From the NCBI GenBank assembly GCA_050480685.1, contig JBJHAV010000001.1, positions 1 to 56,356 of the forward strand: a stretch of 56,356 bases of DNA, given 5' to 3'. The stretch is from Planctomycetaceae bacterium (GTDB lineage Bacteria; Planctomycetota; UBA1135; GCA-002686595). The notes under the pieces are model-generated. The model was not told the DNA's origin. It made no database searches and was given only the letters and a program-made list of their open reading frames with translations. A program made the translations under genes and the position numbers. Numbering within the stretch: the stretch's first letter is position 1; every line of letters begins with the position of its first letter. Shown here one piece after another: positions 36,152 to 44,865 of this stretch.

Positions 36152-37510
36152 TCAGCGGGGGGGCAGGGGGCCGCCAACGGAGGTCAGGGCTTCAGCCAGG
36201 CGCTCGGGCAGGTCCGCGAGGCGGGGGTCGGACCCTGCGGGGAGGCGGCGGTGGGCTTCGGCGACGGCCGCGACCAGCTCGGCGGCGACAGCGGCAAGGG
36301 GCGCGGGCCGCAGATCGGGCACGGGCTCCGGGCCCTTGTGCAGCCTCAGGTGGGCCAGGCTGCCATCGGGGAGCACCAGCCGGTAGGCCTCCAGGTCGCA
36401 ACCCGGGCGGCCGAAGTCCCGCTCTTCGCCGAGGGCTTCCAGCGCCCCCGTGAGGGCCTCGGCCAGCCGCCGCGCGGTGCCCTCCGCCAGGGGCAGCTCG
36501 GCCGGATTGCCCAGGCCCAAGCGCAGCACATCGTCCCGCCCCACGGCCACAAACCACTCGCCCCGCCGACAGGAGCGCAGCTCAAGGCCCACGACCGCCG
36601 GTGGTAGGGCCAGGGGCGGCCGAGCCACTTGAGGCAAGCGCGGTAGTTCACTGAGCTCGAGGCCCGCGCGCGCGGCGATGCGCACGGCTAGGTCCGCTCG
36701 GGCGCCCTGCTGCCCCGGATCGTTCGGATCGAGTTCCGCGCGCACTTCGCCCAAGTCCCCGAGCCTGCGCTCCAGCAGCCGCCGCGCGTCGTGGCGCGCG
36801 GCGCGGCCCGGGTCCAACTCGAACCAGCGGTCGTCCCGGGCCAAGTCCGCGAGGGGCCAGGCCAGGGAAGCCGGCTCTCCCCAAGCGTCGAGCAACAGGG
36901 CCGCCGTGCGCCGAACCCGGTCGTCCTCATCAGCCAGCCGCGCGCGCACGCTCGGACGGCTGTCCAAGTCCGGGTCCCAGTCCACCGTCCACCCCAGGGC
37001 TTCCAACCCGAGCAGGGCAGCCTGCCGGACCGCCGCCAGGGGATCGTAAAGGGCGTACAGGAACCCCGGTCGCCACCGCTCGGCCTCGTCGGCCCTTCCG
37101 CCGGCCACCCGATCGTTCGCACCCTGGGCCAAGGCGCGCATGGCCGCCGGCCGCCAGGGAAAGTCCCGTTCCGAAATCACCGCCCAGAGCAGTCCGTCCA
37201 AGCGCCCATCGGCGAAGCGCCCGAGCACCTCGACCGTCTCCGGCCCCTGCTCCGCCAGTGCCTGCAGGTCCTCGCCGAAGCGCTCGGCGAGCCAGCCGGC
37301 CGCTTCCTCGCCCAGGCTCACCAGGCGGTTCGCCGCCTGGGGCCGAACCGGCGGCGGCCCGCTCTTGGCCGCATCGAGCCAACGTTCGAACAGCGCGGCC
37401 CGTTCGGCCGGGTCCTCCGGGATCGCCGGAGCCCCGCGCTGGGCGAACGCGGGCACCCCAGCCGACAACCAAAGCGCCGCCGCGAGGACAACGCAGCAAA
37501 GCCGCCTCAA
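36152..37510 (-). CDS. Secreted HEAT/ARM-like repeat protein
   Basis: Signal LCCVVLAAALWLSAGVPAFAQ. Repeated D..VR..A...L segments (DPLAAVRQAALLGLEALG, DEDDRVRRTAALLLDAWG). TTG at 37510 would give a TTGA overlap with the upstream stop. The ORF-track start is 37561. Confidence 0.55.
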   Translation of the reverse strand: MRRLCCVVLAAALWLSAGVPAFAQRGAPAIPEDPAERAALFERWLDAAKSGPPPVRPQAANRLVSLGEEAAGWLAERFGEDLQALAEQGPETVEVLGRFADGRLDGLLWAVISERDFPWRPAAMRALAQGANDRVAGGRADEAERWRPGFLYALYDPLAAVRQAALLGLEALGWTVDWDPDLDSRPSVRARLADEDDRVRRTAALLLDAWGEPASLAWPLADLARDDRWFELDPGRAARHDARRLLERRLGDLGEVRAELDPNDPGQQGARADLAVRIAARAGLELSELPRLPQVARPPLALPPAVVGLELRSCRRGEWFVAVGRDDVLRLGLGNPAELPLAEGTARRLAEALTGALEALGEERDFGRPGCDLEAYRLVLPDGSLAHLRLHKGPEPVPDLRPAPLAAVAAELVAAVAEAHRRLPAGSDPRLADLPERLAEALTSVGGPLPPR

Positions 37511-38004
37511 TAGACGCGGCCCTTGAGCCGGTAGAGACTGGTCAGAAAACCATCGTCCCATTGTTCACCGACCTCGAAACGGCCGATCACCTCGAATTGG
37601 CCGGTCATGCGGCGCACGCGCCCGTTCGGGCCCAGATCCACTTCCACGAAGTGGTGCACGAGCAGGCCCGCGGAGCACTGGCAGGACTCGCTCACCAGCG
37701 GAAAGGTGCGCGCGTCCTCCTCGGCGTTCATGTGCATGAAACCGCGCAGAACCACCCGCCGCCCATGCAGGGCGCGGATGTCCTCGGGCACGTCGGCGCC
37801 GGGCTCCCAGTTGATGTTCGTGAGCCGCATCAGGTCCACTTCAATCACCGGGTCTTGGGCAGTGTCCGCGTGATGGGCAGAGCCCAAAACATGCGCAGAG
37901 CCCGCAGGCTGCGCGGCGACGCCGCTTGAGCCCACCGGTAGCTCTGCGAGAAGCGCAGCGGCGAATGCCACCGCACCGGCCCGAATCGCAAAACGACTCA
38001 CCAC
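37507..38004 (-). CDS. DUF3299-like periplasmic protein, paralogue 3
   Basis: LHGRRVVLRGFM...FPLVSESCQCS...VEVDL...VIGRFEVGEQWDDGFLTSLYRLKGRVY matches the DUF3299 layout. GTG start overlaps paralogue 2 by 7 nt. Confidence 0.65.
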   Translation of the reverse strand: MVSRFAIRAGAVAFAAALLAELPVGSSGVAAQPAGSAHVLGSAHHADTAQDPVIEVDLMRLTNINWEPGADVPEDIRALHGRRVVLRGFMHMNAEEDARTFPLVSESCQCSAGLLVHHFVEVDLGPNGRVRRMTGQFEVIGRFEVGEQWDDGFLTSLYRLKGRVY

Positions 38005-38933
38005 AAACGCTCCACCGTCTGGGCACGCTGGCGGAAGATGCTGCGCACGTACCCGTAATCGTCGAGCAACTCGCCCACCTCGAAGGTCCCGATCACGCGC
38101 ACGGTGCGGTAGGCGAAGTACTCCACGCCATTCGGATCATCGACCTCCACGTCGATCCACTCGTCCATGCCCGGCATCCCGCCGAAGCAGCAACCGGGGG
38201 GATAGGGCGACAGCACGAAGGCGGTCACGCGCGAACCCTTGAAGTCGGTCGGCAGCATGAAACCTTCCACGGCCACGCGGCGACCGTCGAAGGCCAGCAC
38301 CTCGGCCGGGAACAGGTCTTCCTTGGTGTAGCCGTCGTCCGGGTCGAGGGGCGAGGGCGGCTCATAGTCGGGCACCATCAGGTCGTCCCAGGTGGCCAGC
38401 ACAACACCTTCGGGCAGGGGTAGATCGCTGGAACCGGCGCGCACCGGACCGTGATCCAGACCGCCGAAGCTGGAGAGCGGGTCGATTTGGAACCCCCCAT
38501 CCCAGCCTTCATCGTCCCAACCCTCGCCGTCATCGAATCCGTAGTCGGCCAGGGAGCCGCCCAGATCGATGGTCGCGCGGTCCGCCTGGGCGAGCCGCTC
38601 CGCGGAAAGCCCGTCCTCCAGGAGTTCGCGCGCACCCACGGCGACCCCGTCGATCGTGCCGTCGTCGGGGATCGTGTAGCCGGATCCCGCCAACGCCTCG
38701 CTCGCCTTCGAAGCCGCTTGTTCTTCCCGCGCCCGCTCCCCCCGGCCGCGCGGGGCGCGGGCCAGACGCTGGGGCCTGGGCGTGGCGCCCTCGACCGCGG
38801 CGTCGATACGCGCGGCCGAACGCACCAGGGCCTCGACCTGACCGTCGCCGGCGCCGTCACGGCCGCCGAAAAAGGCGGTGGCGAGGCCCACGGCGAGCAG
38901 GCATGTACCGAGGATGGCGATGGCGTACTTCAT
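37998..38933 (-). CDS. DUF3299-like periplasmic protein, paralogue 2, with a long acidic N-terminal region
   Basis: FDGRRVAVEGFMLP...FVLSPYPPGCCFGG...IDVEV...VIGTFEVGELLDDYGYVRSIFRQRAQTVERLW. N-terminal signal/anchor MKYAIAILGTCLLAVGLA. Confidence 0.65.
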   Translation of the reverse strand: MKYAIAILGTCLLAVGLATAFFGGRDGAGDGQVEALVRSAARIDAAVEGATPRPQRLARAPRGRGERAREEQAASKASEALAGSGYTIPDDGTIDGVAVGARELLEDGLSAERLAQADRATIDLGGSLADYGFDDGEGWDDEGWDGGFQIDPLSSFGGLDHGPVRAGSSDLPLPEGVVLATWDDLMVPDYEPPSPLDPDDGYTKEDLFPAEVLAFDGRRVAVEGFMLPTDFKGSRVTAFVLSPYPPGCCFGGMPGMDEWIDVEVDDPNGVEYFAYRTVRVIGTFEVGELLDDYGYVRSIFRQRAQTVERLW

Positions 38934-39066
38934 GGGGGCTTGGGGCGAGGGGCGGTGCGGCTACCTAGTGTAGGACGTCGGAGCCCGCCGCCGGTTTCCC
39001 CCGCCGAATCCGCGGTCGCGGGCCCCGTTCGAGGGCGCCGTGCGCGGCCTGGGAGCTCCACCGCCC

Positions 39067-39771
39067 CTAAAGCAGCGTTTCGATGCGATCCGCGCGCAAT
39101 CTGTAAAGACTCTGCACGAATCCGAGCACGTCGAGCTGCTCCCCCACTTCGAGCCGACCGGTCACGCGCACGGCCAAAAACGGGTGCCACGTGAAGCGCA
39201 GGTTCGGCCCGAGCGGCACGTCGATCAACTGGTCCTGGCCGAGCATCCCGCCGAACTGGCACGAAGGCGGGAACGGCGACAGCAGGATCACCGTGATCCG
39301 GCCGTCTTCGTAGTCCAGGGGCATGGCGAAGCCCTCCAGGGCCACCTGGCGTCCGTCGAGGGCCAGGATCTCCGGCGGGAAGATCTCCTCCCGCGGGGGC
39401 CGCTCCTCCTCCGGTCCCCCGCCGCCGGAGACATAACCGGGCAGAGCCAGGTCCTGGACCGTCAGGGGCACCACCCCTTCCGCGGGGGAATCGAGCAAGC
39501 GCCGGGGCGGAGTCAGGCCGTGGGCGCGCCAAAAGTCCCCGGCGGCCGGATCGTCGTGGCGCACGCTGCGCTCCACGGCGTTGAAGCCCCCCGCCAGAAA
39601 GGACGCGTCGAGACCCTCGGCGATGCGCCCCGCGCGGCGCTCCAGGGGCGCGGGCGGCGAGGCCCACTCCGCCTGGCGCGCTTCACGCCAGGCATCGGCC
39701 CCAAATCCCAGCCCCAGGGAAACAATCCCCGCCGTCAGCCAGGCCTGGAGCGGGGATGCGGTTTTTGCCAT
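39067..39771 (-). CDS. DUF3299-like periplasmic protein, paralogue 1
   Basis: LDGRQVALEGFAMP...ILLSPFPPSCQFGG...IDVPL...VTGRLEVGEQLDVLGFVQSLYRLRADRIETLL. Confidence 0.65.
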   Translation of the reverse strand: MAKTASPLQAWLTAGIVSLGLGFGADAWREARQAEWASPPAPLERRAGRIAEGLDASFLAGGFNAVERSVRHDDPAAGDFWRAHGLTPPRRLLDSPAEGVVPLTVQDLALPGYVSGGGGPEEERPPREEIFPPEILALDGRQVALEGFAMPLDYEDGRITVILLSPFPPSCQFGGMLGQDQLIDVPLGPNLRFTWHPFLAVRVTGRLEVGEQLDVLGFVQSLYRLRADRIETLL

Positions 39772-39805
39772 CGCGGATCGAAGCCGTGCCGTAGGGCGAA
39801 GCGGC

Positions 39806-40294
39806 TCAGAGGCCTTCGGGATGCTCGTACTTCATCGCCACCGACTCGAAGGTCAAGCCGCGTGTGACGATGCGCCGCAGGGTGCCTTCGAAAGCCGTCG
39901 CGCCGACCAGGGCCTCGTGGCTCCCCGAAAACTCGGAGGTATCCCCCACGGTTTCGCCGGTCAACTGACTGGCCATCGGCAGGAGCTCCAACTCGAAGCT
40001 CTGCCCTTGGGCGCTCCCGTCGATCACCATGCGATCGTGGGTCAAACGCACCGGGTGTTCCGCGTGGGCATCGAGGGAATACACCCGCAAGGTGCCGCTG
40101 GCCGGCTCCAGGATCAACTCCAAGTTGGCCTGGTGGTCCCCGAGTTCGATCAACACACCCCCGCGCGGCGCCACGTGCACATGCCCGTGTCCGTGGTCGT
40201 GCGCATGATCGTGATCGTGGCCGCAGCCGCTGGTGAAGGGCAGGGCCAGGCAAAGCAGCCAGGTGGCCGCGGTGGAGCGTGTGCGAGCGAACAT
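39806..40294 (-). CDS. His-rich (lipo)protein, putative periplasmic metal-binding component
   Basis: ATG at 40294 is preceded by AGGAGG (reverse complement of 40303-40308). Signal ending FTSGC, then GHDHDHAHDHGHGHVH. The ORF-track start at 40432 would overlap the permease gene. Confidence 0.7.
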   Translation of the reverse strand: MFARTRSTAATWLLCLALPFTSGCGHDHDHAHDHGHGHVHVAPRGGVLIELGDHQANLELILEPASGTLRVYSLDAHAEHPVRLTHDRMVIDGSAQGQSFELELLPMASQLTGETVGDTSEFSGSHEALVGATAFEGTLRRIVTRGLTFESVAMKYEHPEGL

Positions 40295-40323
40295 GGCGAA
40301 TTCCTCCTGGGATCGCGGATGGG

Positions 40324-41601
40324 TCAACTGGTCGGTTGGAGATTGTCCACCACCGCAGTGGCGTAGGCCTTCACGGCCGGGGCGAGGCCGGCGGCGGCGC
40401 CGAGCAGCACCATGCCGAGGGGCGCCGCCCACAGTACCGGGTGGGGCGCGAAGGGGTCGAGCACCACACCGGTCTGCTGGCGCACCACATAAGCCGCTCC
40501 GGCCAGGATTCCGCCGTAGAACAGGAATCCCGCCAGGCTGCCCAGGGCGGCGATGGCGCCGGCCTCGAGCACGATGGCGCTGAAGACGGTGCGTTTGCGC
40601 GCGCCCAGGGCGCGCAGAATCGCGAACTCGCGCCGCCGCTCGTGCATCGTGTTGTAGATCGCGGCCAGGATCGACGCCGCGGCCACGAGCACCACCAGGT
40701 ACGCAACCGCCTGCAACACACGCACGGCCCAGCCCAGCTTGTCGAAGATCTCCAGCATCACGCGCTGGACCGGATAGGCCAAGGTCGCGCGGGTGCCCTG
40801 GCGATTGATCTGCATGCCGAACTGAAAGCCGATCTGGGGCGTGCGGAAACGCAAAAGGACCGCGGAAACTTCCTTGTGCTCGTCCGGGATTTCCTGACCG
40901 GCCTCGGGGATGAAGTCCTCGCCCGTACCGCGCAGGATGTGCCCGTCCATGCGGAAGATGCCTTCGATCGGGATCAGGATCACACGATCGAGGGGTGTGC
41001 CGGTGGGCTCCAGGATGCCGACGACCTGATACTCCTCCGGGTGGATGATCTCTTGGCGCGGATCGGGCGCCGGCGCCAAACCGTGGCGCGGATTGAAGAA
41101 GCTGCCGAGCCTCAGGTTGGCGAGCCGATGCACTTCCGAGCCAATCACCGCCTCGCGCACGTCCGGGTCGAAGATCACACCGCCGGGACGAACCCTCAGG
41201 CGCTCCCCGCGGCGCACTTCGAGTTCGTGGAAGATCGCCGTGGTGGTGCCCACGATGCGAAAGCCCTGGTAGTTGTCGCCGACCGCGTAGGGGATCGCCA
41301 TGGAAACCCGCGGGTCCTCGGCCATCTCGCGGTACATGGACCAGGGGATGTTGCCCGGCGAAGTCTCCAGGTGGAACACGCTGTTGAGCACGAGCTGCAC
41401 TTCGCTGCCCCGCGCCCCGAGCACCGCATCCACGCCGAGGCCCTCGGCCGTGAAGGCGGCGCGGGCCTGGCTGTGCACGTTGAAGATCGCCATCACCAAG
41501 CCGATCGCCAAGGCGGTCGAAAACACGGTGACGACGGTCGAAACCAAGTGTTGGCGCAGGGAGCGCCGCACGATCAAGAGCAATCCAGCGAGCGACTTCA
41601 T
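40324..41601 (-). CDS. ABC transporter permease, MacB/FtsX type
   Basis: One N-terminal TM helix, a large periplasmic domain and three C-terminal TM helices with the FtsX-like segment (REFAILRALGARKRTVF). ATGA overlap with the ATPase gene. Confidence 0.85.
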   Translation of the reverse strand: MKSLAGLLLIVRRSLRQHLVSTVVTVFSTALAIGLVMAIFNVHSQARAAFTAEGLGVDAVLGARGSEVQLVLNSVFHLETSPGNIPWSMYREMAEDPRVSMAIPYAVGDNYQGFRIVGTTTAIFHELEVRRGERLRVRPGGVIFDPDVREAVIGSEVHRLANLRLGSFFNPRHGLAPAPDPRQEIIHPEEYQVVGILEPTGTPLDRVILIPIEGIFRMDGHILRGTGEDFIPEAGQEIPDEHKEVSAVLLRFRTPQIGFQFGMQINRQGTRATLAYPVQRVMLEIFDKLGWAVRVLQAVAYLVVLVAAASILAAIYNTMHERRREFAILRALGARKRTVFSAIVLEAGAIAALGSLAGFLFYGGILAGAAYVVRQQTGVVLDPFAPHPVLWAAPLGMVLLGAAAGLAPAVKAYATAVVDNLQPTS

Positions 41602-42299
41602 CGGGCCTTCTCCCCGGCTGCTTCGGGCTCGCTCCGGAACGCTTGATTGATCTCCGATAACTCGACCACCCGTTCGAAACGGTCGCGCACTTCGCGGTCG
41701 TGGGTCACCACCAGGAGCGCGGCCCCGTGTTCGCGGCAGAGTTCCTGCAAAAGCGCCAGTGCCTGCCGGGCGCGCTCCGGGTCCAAGTTCCCGGTGGGTT
41801 CGTCGGCGAGCACCAACCGCGGGCGGTTCGCGAGGGCTCGGGCCAGGGCCACCCGCTGCTGTTGGCCCACGGAGAGCTGGCCGGGCCGGTGCAACAAACG
41901 ATCCCCCAGGCCCAGTCGTTCGAGCAGGCCGCGGGCGAAGGCGCGGTCGGGGCCGGGCCCGAAAACCATTCCGAGCAGCACGTTTTCCAGGGCGCTGTAG
42001 CCCTGCAGCAGGTTGAAGGTCTGGAACACGTAGCCGATCTGCCGCGCCCGCAGGGCGTCGCGGCGCGCCTCCGAGAGCCGCACCAGGTCCGTGCCGTCCA
42101 GGCGCACCGAACCGCTGTCCGGGCGCAGGATGCCGGCGATCGCGTGCAAAAGGGTGGTTTTGCCCGAGCCGCTCTGCCCCACCAGCGCCACGTGCTCGCG
42201 CGCCTCCAGGGAAAACGACGGCACATCGAGCACCGGCTGGACCTCCCCGTCCGGCGAACGGTAGGTCTTGACCAGATTTTCTATTTCGAGCAAAGGCAT
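41598..42299 (-). CDS. ABC transporter ATP-binding protein (MacB/LolD-like)
   Basis: Walker A GQSGSGKTT, signature LSVGQQQRVALARAL, Walker B LVLADEPTGNLD. Confidence 0.9.
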   Translation of the reverse strand: MPLLEIENLVKTYRSPDGEVQPVLDVPSFSLEAREHVALVGQSGSGKTTLLHAIAGILRPDSGSVRLDGTDLVRLSEARRDALRARQIGYVFQTFNLLQGYSALENVLLGMVFGPGPDRAFARGLLERLGLGDRLLHRPGQLSVGQQQRVALARALANRPRLVLADEPTGNLDPERARQALALLQELCREHGAALLVVTHDREVRDRFERVVELSEINQAFRSEPEAAGEKAR

Positions 42300-42351
42300 C
42301 GGCGCTGCGGGGGCAAAAGCGGGGCTACGGGGCGTCAGGATACGCGTTGGC

Positions 42352-42383
42352 GGCCCCGGATCGGACCGAATTGCCCCGGGGCC
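42352..42383. terminator. GC-rich hairpin downstream of ppk2 (weak terminator candidate)
   Basis: GGCCCCGG (42352-42359) pairs with CCGGGGCC (42376-42383). No U-tract. Confidence 0.3.
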
Positions 42384-42443
42384 GGATGCCTGGCGCCGCC
42401 CGCTGCGCGCCAGGGACCGCCCGCAGGCTCGCGCGGCCGCGGT

Positions 42444-43955
42444 TCACCCCCCCAGGGCCGATTCGAGCCGCCGCGCCACCGTTTCCAGCACGTGAAGGCG
42501 GGCGAAGTACTTGTAGTTCGCCGGCACCACGCTCCAGGGCGCCTCGGGGCGGTGAGTGCGGCTGAGCATCTCGCCCACGGCCTCTTCGTAGGCCGGCCAC
42601 TTGGCCCGATTGCGATAGTCCTCTTCCGTGATCTTGTAGAGCTTGAGCGGATTGCGCTCGCGCTCCTGGAAACGCCGCAGTTGTTCGTCCGGGTCGATGT
42701 GCAGCCAAAACTTGTGCACGATCACACCCGACTCCGCCAGTTGTTCCTCGAAGTCGACGATCTCCCCGTAGGCGCGCTCCCAGACCGGCGGTTCGATCAG
42801 TTTTTCGACGCGCTCCACCAGCACCCGTCCGTACCAGGAGCGGTCGAACAGGCTCATGCGCCCCGGACGCGCGAGCCGTGTCCAGAAGCGCCACAGGTAG
42901 TGCTGCGCCAGTTCGTGGCGCGTCGGCGCGCCGATCTGCGTGACGCTGTACACCAAGGGATCGAGCATCGCGGTCAAACGCCGGATGCAACCACCCTTGC
43001 CGGCCGCGTCCCAACCTTCGAAGACCACCACGCTGGAGAGCCCCGCATGCCGCGCGCGCGCGGTCAGGCGCCGCAGTCGCCGCTGGAGCTTCTCGAGCCT
43101 GGGCTCGTATTCCTCCTCGGGCACACGGCTCGATAGATCGCAGTCGGCGAGCCGCGGCGCGCCCTTCGCGGGCGGAGCGGGAGAAGGCGCCGGCGCCACC
43201 CCGGCGGTCGGATCGGGCTCGCCGTCCAATCGCGCCTCCAGCGCATCCGCCAAGGCGCCCAGCACAAGCGCGTCCCGGCGCCGGCGCTGGGCAACTTCGA
43301 CCACGTGCAGGGGCGAAGTTTCGGTGGCGGTCGCTTCGCGCGCGGTCTGGGCCAATTTGCGAAATGCCTTGGGCCGCTCGGCCAGGGCCCAATCGAGTTC
43401 GCCCTCGTGCAGCGCTCCGACGCCGCGTTTCGCCCGCGCGAGCCGCCGTTCCAACCGCTCGGGCGGCAAGGTCAGCCAAAACTTGAGCAGCAAAGCGCCG
43501 TCCGCGAGCCACATGCGTTCGGTGCGCTCCGCATGGGCCAGGCGTTGCTCGAAACTGGCCCCGCGGCCGTTCTTTTCGCCCCGTTCGGCCTCGGCCAAAA
43601 TGGCCTGGGTCGTCCAGCCGCCGACAAACACCGCCATGCGCCCGCGCGGCGGCAAAACCCGCCAAAACCGCCACAGGGCCGGCTTTTCGCGCTCCTCCTG
43701 GGTCGGCGCCCCCAAAGCGTGCACCTCCAGGTGCCGCGGATCCATCCAGGCGAACAGGCGCCGCAGCACCTCGCCCGCCCCTGCGCGATCCTCGCCGCTC
43801 AGCACCAAAATCACCGGGAAGTCCGCCTCCAGCAGCCGGAACTGGGCGGCCAGCAGCCGCTCCCGCAGGCGCGGCGCGATTTGCTCCCACTCGGCGCGGG
43901 CCAGGCGCCCGGCGGGCGCCACGCGCAGGCCGGGCTCGACGTTCTCGAAGGCCAT
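42444..43955 (-). CDS. ppk2: Two-domain polyphosphate kinase 2 family protein (polyphosphate:AMP/nucleotide phosphotransferase type)
   Basis: Second domain has FEGWDAAGKGGCIRRL ... YLWRFW ... FDRSWYGRVLVERVE. A degenerate first PPK2 repeat lies at the N-terminus. Confidence 0.85.
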   Translation of the reverse strand: MAFENVEPGLRVAPAGRLARAEWEQIAPRLRERLLAAQFRLLEADFPVILVLSGEDRAGAGEVLRRLFAWMDPRHLEVHALGAPTQEEREKPALWRFWRVLPPRGRMAVFVGGWTTQAILAEAERGEKNGRGASFEQRLAHAERTERMWLADGALLLKFWLTLPPERLERRLARAKRGVGALHEGELDWALAERPKAFRKLAQTAREATATETSPLHVVEVAQRRRRDALVLGALADALEARLDGEPDPTAGVAPAPSPAPPAKGAPRLADCDLSSRVPEEEYEPRLEKLQRRLRRLTARARHAGLSSVVVFEGWDAAGKGGCIRRLTAMLDPLVYSVTQIGAPTRHELAQHYLWRFWTRLARPGRMSLFDRSWYGRVLVERVEKLIEPPVWERAYGEIVDFEEQLAESGVIVHKFWLHIDPDEQLRRFQERERNPLKLYKITEEDYRNRAKWPAYEEAVGEMLSRTHRPEAPWSVVPANYKYFARLHVLETVARRLESALGG

Positions 43956-44092
43956 CGCCCCACCATGGGGCCGCGCCAGGCCGGGCGCAAGTCGACACTC
44001 CCACCGGGCGCCCTCCCCGCTCCATACTGCGCGCTGCGGCGGGGCAGGGCCCGCGCCGCGCCGAAGTTCCCATCCCCGACGGAGATTCTTAG

Positions 44093-44533
44093 ATGTTCGC
44101 CAAGCTCGTTCGCCTCAGCGAAGCCCCCTTCCAAGGCCCCCGTCAGAAGGTTTGGAGCGACCTGGCGCTGCTGCTCCTGCGCCTGGTCTTCGGGGGCGCG
44201 ATGTTGCTACTCCACGGGTGGGGCAAGCTGATGAACTGGGGGGAAGCGAGCGCCCGCTTCTCCGATCCCCTGGGCCTGCCCGAACCCTTCGGCTTCGGCG
44301 CCCTGGTCTTCGCAGAAGTCCTCTGCGCCGCCCTAGTGGCGATCGGCCTCTTCACCCGCCTGGCGCTTTTGCCCCTGATCTTCGCCATGGGGGTCGCGCT
44401 GTTCGTGTTCCACGCGAACGACCCCTGGAATGCGAAGGAGCTCTCCCTGCTCTTCCTGGCCGCCTACACCGCGCTCCTCATGCTCGGCCCCGGCCAGTAC
44501 TCCCTGGACGCCTCCCTCAAGGGCAAGGGCTGA
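44093..44533 (+). CDS. DoxX-family membrane protein
   Basis: LALLLLRLVFGGAMLLLHGWGKL and four hydrophobic helices typical of DoxX. Confidence 0.8.
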   Translation: MFAKLVRLSEAPFQGPRQKVWSDLALLLLRLVFGGAMLLLHGWGKLMNWGEASARFSDPLGLPEPFGFGALVFAEVLCAALVAIGLFTRLALLPLIFAMGVALFVFHANDPWNAKELSLLFLAAYTALLMLGPGQYSLDASLKGKG

Positions 44534-44865
44534 AGGGGATTGTAATGCGCAAGTAAGGCGCCCCGAGTCCGGCCGGGCGGGTGCCGGCGCAAGCGAGGCT
44601 GCTTTGGTTGCTCGGGATCACCGCACCCGAGGACTGCCCCGATGGCCCGGCCGGCTTCGAGGGCTGCACAGCCCAAGTGACCCTGCCCATGGGCGCAATC
44701 ACCTGGAGCGGGCCGACGAACGATCCGCGGACCGGCAACCCCAGTTCTGCGCAACCATCGCGGCCGCGTTCCGCTGGGAACAGTCCTTAGGGATTTGTGA
44801 CATCGTGAACCCTGGGGTCTAAAGGCTGCGGCCCCTGGCTCCTTGCGAAGGGCTAGGGACCGCCC

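Noticed and set aside
42325-44556. 582-aa minus-strand and 538-aa plus-strand ORFs overlapping ppk2
   Set aside because: Extreme Arg/Ala/Pro/Gly content and no domains, while the PPK2 frame has canonical motifs.
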